Shown here: in pieces, positions 1-9,279 of the stretch | Position numbering within the stretch: the first letter of the stretch is position 1 | Layout: each line of letters starts with the position of its first letter | Source: Candidatus Eiseniibacteriota bacterium | Lineage (GTDB): Bacteria > Joyebacterota > Joyebacteria > Joyebacterales > Joyebacteraceae | Assembly (NCBI GenBank): GCA_043819135.1 | Contig: JBDRFG010000101.1 | Span: 1-22,944, forward strand | Length of the DNA stretch: 22,944 nt | Reading direction: 5' to 3' | The notes under the pieces: model-generated | What the model saw: only the letters and a program-made list of their open reading frames with translations | Databases searched by the model: none | What the model was told of the DNA's origin: nothing | Made by a program: the position numbers and the translations under genes

Positions 1-1974
1 GGCCACAACTCCAACGAGACCCACGCCCGGGAAGTCGAGTCCCTTCGCTATCATCTGCGTTCCGAGGAGGATGTCGGTCCTCCGCTCGGCGAAGTCCTTG
101 AGGATGCGCCAGTGCGACCCGTGACGCGTCGTCGTGTCCACGTCCATCCTCTCGACGGTCGCGTCGGGGAAGAGTTCGCCGACCGCCTTCTCGACGCGCT
201 GTGTACCGGGCGCGCCGAACCTCAGGTTGAGGCCGTCGCAGGACGGACACCTCTTGGGCACAGGTGTTGCGATGCCGCAGTAGTGGCAGCGCATCGTGTG
301 GTCGGTCGAGTGAAACGTCAGCGCGACGTTGCAGTTCGGGCATTTCTCAGAATGTCCGCACGAGAGGCACTGGATGAACGAAGCGTGCCCGCGACGGTTC
401 AGAAACAGGATGACCTGCTTGTCAGCGGCGAGGGTCTCGAGGACGGCATCGCGGAGCGTGGCCGAGAACGCGCCCTCGGAGTCGACCGTCGGCACGTCGC
501 ACATGTCGACAACTTCGACCTCGGGCAGGGGCCCCGCGACAATGCGCTCCGGCAGCTCAACAAGGTCGTACTTGCCTTCACGCGCGTTGAGATAGCTCTC
601 CAGGCTCGGGGTCGCCGTTCCCAGAATGACGACGGCGTCCTCGAGTTTGCCCCTCATGGCCGCGACGTCGCGCGCGTGATAGCGGGGCGACTCGCTCTGC
701 TTGTAGGTCTGTTCGTGCTCCTCGTCGACGACAATGACACCGAGGTCGCGCACCGGTGAGAACACGGCCGACCGCGGGCCGACGACAACGGGGAACATCC
801 CCTCGCGGATAGCGCGCCACGTGTCGTAGCGCTCCGTGAGCGACAGCCCGCTGTGCACGACGGCGACCTTGTCGCCGAAGTCTCTCTTCATCCGCAGGAC
901 CATCTGCGGCGTCAGCGAGATCTCGGGCACCAGTACTATCGCGCCGCGCCCGGAATCGAGCGCCACCTGGACGGCTTCGCTGTAGACGCGGGTCTTGCCG
1001 CTGCCGGTCACGCCATGGAGCAGCACGACGGCGAACTCGTGGGCGGATATCTTCCCCCCAATGAGGTCGAGCGCGTTCCGCTGCTCGGCGGTCAGCTCGC
1101 CCTCGTCGCTTAGTCCCCATCCCTCGTGGCCAACCGACAGCCTCGGGCTGGGGCGCTCGGCACGCTCGGCGAGACCCTTCTTCACGAGAGCGGTAACGGT
1201 GGCCGACGTGACGCCCGCCTCTCCGAGCGTCGCGACCGGCAGGGTCGCCTCGGGAGCTTCCGCCAGGATCGCAAGCGCCTCCGCCTGCTTCGGCGCCTTG
1301 CGCTCGAGCTTCGATCTCTCCTCGAGCGCGTCGCCGACTGAAACGGCCAGCCGCACCACGGGCTCCTTGCCGCCCTCGACCTTGGGCGGGTGGACCTCCT
1401 CGAACTCCTCGACAAGCCCCTCGCGCACGAGCGCATCGACGTCCGACCGGTTGCCGCGTGAGATCCCGGCCTCGCGCAGCGCGTGACCGACGGTGACCTT
1501 CCCGCGACCGCAGACGAGTTCGAGGATCTTGAGTCTGCGCTCCGTGAGCCCGGATGTCGCCGGTTCGGCGGATGCGGAACCGCCCGCGTCGCCACCGGCC
1601 CCGGCGAGCGCCTCCCTCCCCGCGTCCGTCACGCGGAGGAACCGCCGGCTCTCCATGTTGATGCCCGGGGGCAACGTCGCACGGAGCACCTCGCCCCACG
1701 ACGCCAGATAGTAGTCCGCGATCCACCGCGTCAGTTCGATCATCGGAGGATCAACGACAGGGGCGATGTCCAGAACATCGACGATGTCCTTGACCCCCTC
1801 TAGCTCCGCCGTCACTCCCGCCGCCACCACGAAGCCCGTCACCTTCCTGCGCCCGAACGGCACGAGGACGCGCGTACCGACGGCGACGCGGCCGACGAGG
1901 TCGTCCGGGACCGAGTAGGTGAAGGTGCCGGTGACCGGCAGGGGCACCGCCACTTCGATGAAAGTGGTCGACAT
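1..1974 (-). CDS. priA: Primosomal protein N' (replication restart helicase), truncated at the window edge
   Basis: Not in the ORF track. Manual reading from ATG 1974 gives MSTTFIEVAVPLPVTGTFTYSVP...RVLVPFGRRKVTG, Walker A LHGVTGSGKT (~990-1020), VDEEHE (~713-730) and four CxxC pairs (CLSC, CPNC, CHYC, CPSC, ~238-370). Confidence 0.96.
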   Translation of the reverse strand, partial: MSTTFIEVAVPLPVTGTFTYSVPDDLVGRVAVGTRVLVPFGRRKVTGFVVAAGVTAELEGVKDIVDVLDIAPVVDPPMIELTRWIADYYLASWGEVLRATLPPGINMESRRFLRVTDAGREALAGAGGDAGGSASAEPATSGLTERRLKILELVCGRGKVTVGHALREAGISRGNRSDVDALVREGLVEEFEEVHPPKVEGGKEPVVRLAVSVGDALEERSKLERKAPKQAEALAILAEAPEATLPVATLGEAGVTSATVTALVKKGLAERAERPSPRLSVGHEGWGLSDEGELTAEQRNALDLIGGKISAHEFAVVLLHGVTGSGKTRVYSEAVQVALDSGRGAIVLVPEISLTPQMVLRMKRDFGDKVAVVHSGLSLTERYDTWRAIREGMFPVVVGPRSAVFSPVRDLGVIVVDEEHEQTYKQSESPRYHARDVAAMRGKLEDAVVILGTATPSLESYLNAREGKYDLVELPERIVAGPLPEVEVVDMCDVPTVDSEGAFSATLRDAVLETLAADKQVILFLNRRGHASFIQCLSCGHSEKCPNCNVALTFHSTDHTMRCHYCGIATPVPKRCPSCDGLNLRFGAPGTQRVEKAVGELFPDATVERMDVDTTTRHGSHWRILKDFAERRTDILLGTQMIAKGLDFPGVGLVGVVA

Positions 1975-1994
1975 GAGTTGGATCTCCGAAGAAT

Positions 1995-3008
1995 CTAGCG
2001 ACGCGCCCGGGCCGCCTCGCGCGAAGCGCTGACCGCGAGCGACGCGTCGTCCCGCTCTCCCCTCGAGAAGAGCGAATCGCCCACGGCGGCGATGACCGCG
2101 CCGTTGTCGGTGCAGAGGTTCTTGGGCGGCACGACGGCCACGAGGCCGAGCTGGGCCGCTTCATCCGAGAAGCGGGCCCTCAAGGGACCGTTCGCGGCCA
2201 CGCCTCCGCCGAGGCAGACGGACGGCACGTCGTGGGCCTCGGCGGCCCACATTGTCTTGGTGACGAGCGCGTCGACGACTGCCTCCTGGAAGCTCGCGAG
2301 GAAGTCGGCGAGTTCGTCACCTCCGGGTATCTTCTCGAGTTCATCGACGCGGTACCTGACCGCCGTCTTGACGCCCGAGAAGCTGAAATCCAGGTTGCCA
2401 CGCTGCATCATCGCCCTGGGGAAATGGATGGCGGACGGGTTGCCGCCCGCGGCGAGCTTCTCGATTACCGGACCGGCGGGGTACGACAGCCCCAGAAGCT
2501 TCCCCACCTTGTCGAACGCTTCGCCCGACGCGTCGTCGCGCGTTCGACCGAGCGTGCGGTAGCGCCCCCAATCCTCGACCAGGACCAGTTCTGTGTGACC
2601 GCCCGACACGACAAGGCAGACGGTGGGAAGCGGGATGTCCGGCTCGGCCAGCCGGACGGCGAACACGTGACCCTCGATGTGGTCGACCCCGACCACGGGA
2701 ATGTCGAGCGAGTACGCGAGTGCCTTGGCGAACGAGACGCCGACCAGGAGACACCCGACGAGACCCGGACGGCTCGTGACCGCGATGCCCGTAAGATCGT
2801 CGTAGCCGATACCTGCCTTCGAGAGCGCCTCCTCGACCACGGGCTGAATGGTGCGGATGTGCGCGCGCGAGGCGTACTCCGGCACGACGCCGCCGAACTC
2901 CGAGTGAATGAGCTGGGAAGCGACAACGTTCGAGAGAATCGAACGGCCGTCCGAGAGAACGGCCGCCGCGGTCTCGTCACAGGATGTGTCGATGCCAAGG
3001 ACTATCAT
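1995..3008 (-). CDS. tsaD: tRNA N6-threonylcarbamoyltransferase complex subunit TsaD
   Basis: LGIDTSCDETAAA, GGVVPEYASRAH, HIEGH, VSGGHT, DDASGEAFDKV and CTDNGAVIA motifs. Confidence 0.97.
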   Translation of the reverse strand: MIVLGIDTSCDETAAAVLSDGRSILSNVVASQLIHSEFGGVVPEYASRAHIRTIQPVVEEALSKAGIGYDDLTGIAVTSRPGLVGCLLVGVSFAKALAYSLDIPVVGVDHIEGHVFAVRLAEPDIPLPTVCLVVSGGHTELVLVEDWGRYRTLGRTRDDASGEAFDKVGKLLGLSYPAGPVIEKLAAGGNPSAIHFPRAMMQRGNLDFSFSGVKTAVRYRVDELEKIPGGDELADFLASFQEAVVDALVTKTMWAAEAHDVPSVCLGGGVAANGPLRARFSDEAAQLGLVAVVPPKNLCTDNGAVIAAVGDSLFSRGERDDASLAVSASREAARARR

Positions 3009-3028
3009 GTCGTGAGCCGGTCGGCCCC

Positions 3029-3961
3029 CTACCGAAGCGTGACGGTGACTCTCGCGGGAGTCACACCGTGGACGTCTACTCCCTCCGGAACGTGAACCTC
3101 TGGAACGAGCTCGTGCGTTCCCCTAGGGAGTCCCATCGCGTCAATGAGGACCTCGACACGCGAGGCGGTCAGCGATGCGACCAGGTGGTCCGGGCCGGAC
3201 ACCGTCAGCTCGACCGTCGCCGGGACCACCGTCGCCGAGCCGAATCCGGGCTCGTGCTCGAACAGCATGGGCACGTCCGGAAGCGTCGCCACCCTCGTCC
3301 CCTCGATGTCGACGATGACGCGGACCTCCTTGGGCACGGCGTGCAGGTTCCATCTCTCTTCGAACTCGACGCGGCGTGGCGCGTCGACGCGGTTGCGCCG
3401 ACCCGTAATAATGAGAGGCGCCGTGACGACCGACTCTAGTTCGGACACGATCCGGGCGGGTCCGAACACGAACACGGAATCGGGCAGGCTGTGCCTTCTG
3501 CCGAAGACGAAGTAGCCGTCGGCGGGAGCGCCTTCCACCAGCGGAGACACGGCGACCCGGTAGTTGACGAGTTTGTCGATCTCGAGATCGAGATTGCGGG
3601 GATCGCGAACCTCGACGATCTGGACCTGTGCATCGCGCGGAAGGACCACGTTGGCCGGAGACAGACTGACTCTGAACGTGCGGTCGGCCTTCGCCCCGGT
3701 CATGTCGATGACGGCGTACGGTTCTCCCCACAGGCTCAGGCGCACGAGATCCTTGTTGTCGCCCTCGAAGAGAATATCGACGCTGTCGGGTATCTTCTCA
3801 ACGGTGGTGAGGCCGTCGGGCATGTTGCGCAGCACCAGCGGGACCGAGAAGAGCGTGCTGCCCTCCTGCTCACCCTTGGCAAACATCCACAGGAAGATGC
3901 CGACGATCAGAGCTGCCAGCTTGATGTGAATGTTGTTGAAGATGGCTCTCCTGAACGGCAC
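3029..3961 (-). CDS. CdaR/YbbR-like membrane-anchored protein
   Basis: N-terminal NNIHIKLAALIVGIFLWMFA anchor followed by about three YbbR-like repeats (P-x-x-V-x-(I/V/L)-x-x-x-G). GTG 3961 chosen for the upstream G-run SD; the track start at 3976 is the alternative. Confidence 0.82.
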   Translation of the reverse strand: MPFRRAIFNNIHIKLAALIVGIFLWMFAKGEQEGSTLFSVPLVLRNMPDGLTTVEKIPDSVDILFEGDNKDLVRLSLWGEPYAVIDMTGAKADRTFRVSLSPANVVLPRDAQVQIVEVRDPRNLDLEIDKLVNYRVAVSPLVEGAPADGYFVFGRRHSLPDSVFVFGPARIVSELESVVTAPLIITGRRNRVDAPRRVEFEERWNLHAVPKEVRVIVDIEGTRVATLPDVPMLFEHEPGFGSATVVPATVELTVSGPDHLVASLTASRVEVLIDAMGLPRGTHELVPEVHVPEGVDVHGVTPARVTVTLR

Positions 3962-4025
3962 TGCGAGCCCCCCCACTGCTTTCCGCGCCTGGGCCGCCGC
4001 ACTCCGGGCACGCCAGGCGCTTCGG

Positions 4026-5333
4026 TCAGGACCTGCTGACGGTGAGAACCTGGTCCACCTGAATGGTAGCGGTCATGTCGAGCCCGTTGTAGGCGCGAAG
4101 GTCGTCGACCGAGATATCGTACCGGCGCGCGATGCTCCACAGCGTCTCGCCCGGAGCGACCTTGTGCCTCCCCCCATGCTGCGCGACGACGGGAGCGTAG
4201 CGGTCGAAGTAGCGGTCGACCGCGGCAGCGAGGCACTCCGCGTAGCTCTGACGGTACGCGGGACGCTTGAGCTTGTCGACGTCTGACGAGTTCGTCAGGA
4301 ACCCGACCTCGACCAGTATCGACGGCATGGCGAGCGACTTCAACACGAGGAAGCCCGCCTGTTTGGCGACGCATTCGCTCACCCTCGCCTTGCCCAGCTC
4401 ATCACCCACGAGACCCGCCAGGTCGTTGCTCTTCTGCACGCTGTCGCTCATCTTGAGGTCGACGAGTATGGAGAGCACGTCGGCGTCCGCATCGGGCGAC
4501 ACGCCTCCCACCAGGTCGGCCGCGTTCTCTCTGTCGGCCAGCTCCCTCGCCGCCTGGTCGCTCGCTCCGCGCGGCGAGACGTAGAAGATCTCGGTTCCGT
4601 CCGCCCGCTTGCTGGGAGCGCTGTTCGCGTGAATGCTTATGAAGACGTCTCCGTGTTTCACGTTGGCGATTTCTTTACGCTTCGCCAGCCGGACGAAGTA
4701 GTCGCCGTCGCGAGTGAGGTGGACGTCGTACCCGCCCCGTGACCTGAGCAGCGCGGCGAGCTTCTTGCCGATATCCAGAACGACGTCCTTCTCCTTGAGC
4801 TTGCCGTTGCCCAGCGTTCCCGGGTCCTCGCCGCCGTGACCGGGGTCGATGATCACCACGCGAGGTCTGCCGTCTTCCGCGCTCTCGGGACGCTCCACCG
4901 GTGCGGCGCTCGGCCGGTCCCTATGAAAGACGTCGATAACCACGCGGTTGGGTTTGTGCATGTAGGGCATGAGCGGGAAGACCGTGTGGGCGGACGCAGC
5001 CGTGAGGTCAACGACCACCTGCGTGCCTGCGCTGAGCTGATTGAGACGGACGCAGTCCACGAGTCCGTCGCCGACAGGCGTCGCGACCTGCGCGTCTCCG
5101 ATGCTCCCACCCACGATCAGAACGACGACGCGGTCGGGGTCCGTCAGGACTCGCGTCGAGTAAGAAGCCTCGGTGGTCAGGTCCACAACAACGCGCGTGT
5201 GGTCGGGCGCCGTCCAGTAGCGCACGGCCGATACCTCGGCGCCCGCGAGGGCGACGAGCGGCGTCGCGAGAACGACGGCGGCGCTCACGGCAGCGAGCGC
5301 GAACAGCACTGAATGGAACGGACGTCGCTTCAC
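4026..5333 (-). CDS. N-acetylmuramoyl-L-alanine amidase (AMIN + Amidase_3 + C-terminal LysM), AmiB/AmiC-like
   Basis: Signal peptide, AMIN-like VRYWTAPDHTRVVVDL, catalytic IDPGHGGEDPG / KEK / FISIHAN / LVEVGF, LysM HKVAPGETLWSIARRY. GTG 5333 follows GGAGG; ATG 5345 is the alternative. Confidence 0.93.
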   Translation of the reverse strand: MKRRPFHSVLFALAAVSAAVVLATPLVALAGAEVSAVRYWTAPDHTRVVVDLTTEASYSTRVLTDPDRVVVLIVGGSIGDAQVATPVGDGLVDCVRLNQLSAGTQVVVDLTAASAHTVFPLMPYMHKPNRVVIDVFHRDRPSAAPVERPESAEDGRPRVVIIDPGHGGEDPGTLGNGKLKEKDVVLDIGKKLAALLRSRGGYDVHLTRDGDYFVRLAKRKEIANVKHGDVFISIHANSAPSKRADGTEIFYVSPRGASDQAARELADRENAADLVGGVSPDADADVLSILVDLKMSDSVQKSNDLAGLVGDELGKARVSECVAKQAGFLVLKSLAMPSILVEVGFLTNSSDVDKLKRPAYRQSYAECLAAAVDRYFDRYAPVVAQHGGRHKVAPGETLWSIARRYDISVDDLRAYNGLDMTATIQVDQVLTVSRS

Positions 5334-5380
5334 GCCGTCCTCCATAGGGAGCCCCGGGGGGCGCCGTTGGTGATGTTTCG

Positions 5381-6715
5381 TCAGATGCCCGCTCGCTTGG
5401 TACCTCGAGGAGGCGCGGTCTTCCCAGGCCGGACGATCACGGTAGCGGGCTTCCTGAGCCACTCGGAAGCTACCCTCTGGATGTCGTCCTTGTCAACCCG
5501 GTTGACCGCTGGGAGGAAGGAATCAGCGAAGTTGAATCCGAGCCCCGCAAGCTCGTACGACGCGAGCCGTGCGGCTCTTACGAGGTTCGTCTGACCACTG
5601 ATCACGTGTCTTCCGACCAGTCTGTTCTTCGCCGTGAGGAGTTCCTGGTCCGACGCAGGCTCGGTCGAGAGCCTCACGATCTCGTCCTCTATGACGCCGA
5701 CCGCGCCGTCAGCATCCTCGGCCGACGCGTAGATCACGAACGACGACACGTCCTGACCACAGCGACAGAACGAGCCGGTGACGTCCGACAGCCCCGCCCC
5801 GTTCTCGCCCAGTGCAGCCGCGAGCCTGGAACCGCTGCCAAGCCCCATGAGCGCGTCCAGTACCGCCATGGCAGCGAAGTCGGGGTCGTCGGCCGCGGGC
5901 GCCACGAACCCCATCGTGATGTAGGATTCGCTCACGTCCTTGAAGACCGTCGCGGTCCGGGCCTCCTCCATGGAGACGGGGGGAGAGTCCGCCGGTGACG
6001 CCTGCCTGTCGGGGTAGCCCGACAGAAGCTGCGACAACAGCTTGAGCGCATGCTTCTCCTGGAAGTTCCCTACAATCGACACGACCGTGCTCCCACCCAC
6101 ATAGCGGTTCGTGTGAAACTTGACCAGGTGCTCGGCGGTGATTTTCTCGATCCCCTTGATCTCGCCCAGGGGGTCGTGCGCGTACGGATGGTCACCGTAA
6201 ACGAGTTCGGAGACGCGGGTCAAAGGCGTCGTGAACGGGTCGTCCTGCCGTATCTCGATCTTCTCGTGGACGATCCTCTGTGCCTCGAGCAGTCGGGTCT
6301 CGTCGAACGCGGGCCTCTGCAGAACGTCCGCGAGGACGTCGAGCGCGAGGTCGAACTGCGAATCGATCGCCGTGACGTGGACCGTGGCGTAATCTCTGGT
6401 GGTCTCGACACCCACGCTCAGACCGGCGCTGTCCATGAGTTCCGCCAGCTCCGGCGCGGTCCGCGTGGTCGTTCCCTGAATGAGCATCGAGTTCGTGAGG
6501 TTGGCAAGACCCGGAAGTTTGGGGGGATCATGCTTCGAGCCGGCGTCGACCATCACGGAGATAGCGACGATCCGGTTCCACTCACCCGGCATTGTGAGGA
6601 CCGTGACGCCATTCGCCAGCCGGTGCCTCCCGACGTCGCCGCCAGACGCGGGCAGCGCCAGCAGAAGCGCCGCGGCGACCAACATGACGAAGACTCTGGT
6701 CTGTCCTCTCGGCAT
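5381..6715 (-). CDS. M16B (pitrilysin/PqqL-like) family protein, non-catalytic subunit, secreted
   Basis: Signal peptide, LANGVTV, DAGSKHDP..PGLANLTNSMLIQGT (no HxxEH), DHPYA and M16-like C-terminal half. SD GAGG upstream. Confidence 0.88.
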   Translation of the reverse strand: MPRGQTRVFVMLVAAALLLALPASGGDVGRHRLANGVTVLTMPGEWNRIVAISVMVDAGSKHDPPKLPGLANLTNSMLIQGTTTRTAPELAELMDSAGLSVGVETTRDYATVHVTAIDSQFDLALDVLADVLQRPAFDETRLLEAQRIVHEKIEIRQDDPFTTPLTRVSELVYGDHPYAHDPLGEIKGIEKITAEHLVKFHTNRYVGGSTVVSIVGNFQEKHALKLLSQLLSGYPDRQASPADSPPVSMEEARTATVFKDVSESYITMGFVAPAADDPDFAAMAVLDALMGLGSGSRLAAALGENGAGLSDVTGSFCRCGQDVSSFVIYASAEDADGAVGVIEDEIVRLSTEPASDQELLTAKNRLVGRHVISGQTNLVRAARLASYELAGLGFNFADSFLPAVNRVDKDDIQRVASEWLRKPATVIVRPGKTAPPRGTKRAGI

Positions 6716-6738
6716 CGTGTGTGTCCTCTGAGTTCCGC

Positions 6739-8052
6739 CTACTCCGGCAGCACCACCGCGGCGATGTGAATCCCGCCGCCCAGATAGTGCGCGGCGGCCT
6801 GCTGGACCTCGTCCGCGGTGACGCTGCCGAGCCGCTCAAGATACTCGCTCGCGAACTCCTCACCGCCAATGGAGTTCCAGTAGCCGTCGTGGAACGCCTG
6901 ACCCTCCGCCGTTTCGACCATGCGGAGATTACCTACCTCGAGCTGCATCTTCGCCTTGGCGAGTTCCTCGGCGTCGACTGGCACTTCGGCCATCTCTTTG
7001 ATGAGCTCCACCGCGGCTTCCTCGGCCGCCTCGATGTTCTCCTCGGGAAGCTCCATCCAAACGAAGAGCGGACTCGGGTGCCGCTGCGTGTACCAACCGG
7101 CCCCCACCGAGTGCACGAGCCCGAGTTCTTCCTTGAGTCTGGTGTTGAGCCTCGAGCTTCCGCCCTCCGCCAGGATGACAAGCAGGACGTCCATCGTCAC
7201 GTTCTCGCTGTCCGCGATACCGGGGCCGGGGAAACCGATCACCTGACAGGCCTTGCGCACGTCCACCCTCCTGGTGACCGTGCGGGACTCCGTCGGCCAA
7301 GTGACCGGGGGTGACGCCGGTTCGGCAGGCAGGCCGGTCTCGAGGCCTGCCAGCACCTCGGCGATCTTCTCTGACGCTGCGACGGCGTCCACGTCACCGC
7401 TTACGGCAACGAGGATGTTGGAACCCACGTACCTCTCGCGGTAGCGCCGCTCGATGTCCTCGACCGTGATCCCCGAGAGGATCTCCGGCACTCCCTCGGC
7501 CAGGCGGCCGTAGGGATGGTCACCCATGAGTTCGGAGAGGCAGAACCGGTAGGCGAGGTCGACGGGACGCTTGAGCATGTCATCGATGTATTCGAGGATC
7601 TTCTTCTTCTCGCGCTCGACCCCGTCGGGGTCGAATCTGGCGTTCAGTAGTCCGTCCCGGATCAGTTCCACGGCCTCGTCGAAGTTCTCCGATGGAACGG
7701 TCACGGCGTACTGAACGAAGTCGTGCCGCCCGGCTGAACTCATCATGCCGCCGAGACCCTCGATCGAACTCTGGATCTCGCCCGGCCCCCTGCTCTCGGT
7801 CTCCTTGAACATCAGGGAGCGGAGCAGATTCGCGGCGCCGGCCTCGTGCGACGCTTCGAAGAAGGCTCCGTCGCGCACGTACAACTGGGTGGCGACAACG
7901 CCACTCGCCCGGTTCTCCCGGACGATGATGATGGCGCCGTTGTCGGTGATCATGTGGACCGACGTGGAGGTCCGCTCCTGACCGCACCCGGTCAGGACCA
8001 GAACACAGAGAATCGCGGCCACTGCCGCCGTTGATAGCCTGATCGGTCTCAT
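6739..8052 (-). CDS. M16B family lipoprotein with degenerate zinc motif
   Basis: Lipobox LTGC at Cys23 from ATG 8052 (track start 8097 is the alternative). DNGAIIIV, GAANLLRSLMFKET, DHPYGR, GGSSRLNTRLKEELGLVHSV. Confidence 0.88.
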   Translation of the reverse strand: MRPIRLSTAAVAAILCVLVLTGCGQERTSTSVHMITDNGAIIIVRENRASGVVATQLYVRDGAFFEASHEAGAANLLRSLMFKETESRGPGEIQSSIEGLGGMMSSAGRHDFVQYAVTVPSENFDEAVELIRDGLLNARFDPDGVEREKKKILEYIDDMLKRPVDLAYRFCLSELMGDHPYGRLAEGVPEILSGITVEDIERRYRERYVGSNILVAVSGDVDAVAASEKIAEVLAGLETGLPAEPASPPVTWPTESRTVTRRVDVRKACQVIGFPGPGIADSENVTMDVLLVILAEGGSSRLNTRLKEELGLVHSVGAGWYTQRHPSPLFVWMELPEENIEAAEEAAVELIKEMAEVPVDAEELAKAKMQLEVGNLRMVETAEGQAFHDGYWNSIGGEEFASEYLERLGSVTADEVQQAAAHYLGGGIHIAAVVLPE

Positions 8053-8109
8053 AGCGAACCCGGTTTCGTTCCTCGGAACCACAGGGGGCAGGCTCATGTT
8101 TCAGCCTAC

Positions 8110-8139
8110 ATCCTATTGGAACCCCTTGGTGAACGTCAA
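8110..8139 (-). promoter_or_regulatory. Putative sigma70 promoter for the M16-amidase-ybbR-tsaD-priA operon
   Basis: Minus strand TTGACG (8139-8134), 18 bp spacer, TAGGAT (8115-8110). Confidence 0.6.
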
Positions 8140-8196
8140 GTTGTACGAGAAATACGTCCGCCGTACCGGCCGCGGCCTACATGCCGTACTGAGAGA

Positions 8197-8231
8197 CGCG
8201 CCCGTCGTTGCTCGCGGCATCGACGGGCGCG
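8197..8231 (-). terminator. Hairpin downstream of the sigma factor gene, probable terminator
   Basis: Perfect 11-bp inverted repeat cgcgcccgtcg/cgacgggcgcg plus an inner 3-bp stem; only a weak pyrimidine tail (TCTCTC) follows on the minus strand. Confidence 0.5.
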
Positions 8232-8323
8232 CTTGATTGCAGTAGAACCCGCTCGCGAAGGCTCCGGATGCTAGCCGCGGGCGCCCTCTTGGACCCCTGT
8301 CACGGCGGGAATCTCCGGTGTAG

Positions 8324-9178
8324 CTAGTTCAGATAGGACCGAAGCTCCTCCAGACCCGGACGGGCCCTGAGCTTGCCCAGTGCCTCTTCCTTGATCTGGC
8401 GGATGCGCTCGCGCGTCAGGCTCATCATTTGGCCGATCTGCTCGAGCGTCTTCTTGTCCTTGCCTCCGAGGCCGAAGTAGTGCTGGAGGATCGTGCTCTC
8501 CCGGTCGGTCAGATCGGCGAGAACCAGAGCCAGGTCCTGCCCGAGTGACTCGTAGTGCAGATGTGTGAGCCCGGGATCGTCCGCCGTGTCTGCGACCAGG
8601 TCACCGAGGTCGACGTCCTCGTCGAACGCCACCGGGGCGTCGAGAGAGAGGCTTCCGACCGATAGCTTCTTCAGCTCCACGATGTCCTTGGCCTTCAGCT
8701 TCATCGCCGCCGCGATCTCTTTGTCGGTGGGCTCGCGACCAATCTCCTGGCGAAGGCGTTCGAGCGTCCTCCACATCCTCCTGATGGCGCCGGACTTGTT
8801 CAGCGGCAGGCGCATCGCACCCGACTGCTCGGACATCCCCTTGAGGATCGCGTGTCTGATCCACCAGACGGCGTAGGTAATGAACTTGCGTCCCCGCTCC
8901 GCATCGAAGCGCTTGGCGGCTTCCATGAGACCGACGTTGCCCTGGTTGATAACATCCATCATCGGCGAGCCCGTCTTGCGCGCATACACCTTTGCGACGC
9001 TCACCACGAACCTGAGGTTCGCGGTGACCAGCGCGTCGCGCGCGTCCTGGTCACCCTTGAGGATCCTCCTGCCGAGCTCCTGCTCCTGCTCACGCGTGAG
9101 CAGAGGAGTCCGGGCGATCTCCCTCAGATAGTGCTCCAGGCTCTTGTCTTCTTCTGCTGCGCTTCCGTAATACGACAT
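8324..9178 (-). CDS. RNA polymerase sigma70 factor, RpoD/RpoS-like, lacking region 1.1
   Basis: Region 1.2 SLEHYLREI..PLLT, 2.1 ANLRFVVSVAK, 2.3-2.4 KFITYAVWWIRHAI, region 3 GREPT..LSLDAP, region 4.2 TLEQIG..LTRERIRQI. Start uncertain (ATG 9178 or GTG near 9280). Confidence 0.93.
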   Translation of the reverse strand: MSYYGSAAEEDKSLEHYLREIARTPLLTREQEQELGRRILKGDQDARDALVTANLRFVVSVAKVYARKTGSPMMDVINQGNVGLMEAAKRFDAERGRKFITYAVWWIRHAILKGMSEQSGAMRLPLNKSGAIRRMWRTLERLRQEIGREPTDKEIAAAMKLKAKDIVELKKLSVGSLSLDAPVAFDEDVDLGDLVADTADDPGLTHLHYESLGQDLALVLADLTDRESTILQHYFGLGGKDKKTLEQIGQMMSLTRERIRQIKEEALGKLRARPGLEELRSYLN

Positions 9179-9279
9179 CTCTCGCTTCTCTCTCCTCTTG
9201 GTTCCATTCCACCCTCCGACGCCGGCCGTGTGCCGGACCTGGAAGGCGGCGGTACTGCCCTCCTCATGTCGCTTCACCA

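Noticed and set aside
112..2164. Several track ORFs over 112-2164 (e.g. 578..1726 minus, 112..759 plus)
   Set aside because: Shadow frames of priA, which occupies 1-1974 on the minus strand with clear motifs; the translations are Arg/Ala-rich and low in information.
8324..9178. Calling the sigma factor rpoH, rpoS or the primary rpoD
   Set aside because: No RpoH box is present, and paralog identity cannot be set without the rest of the genome, so the symbol is left blank.
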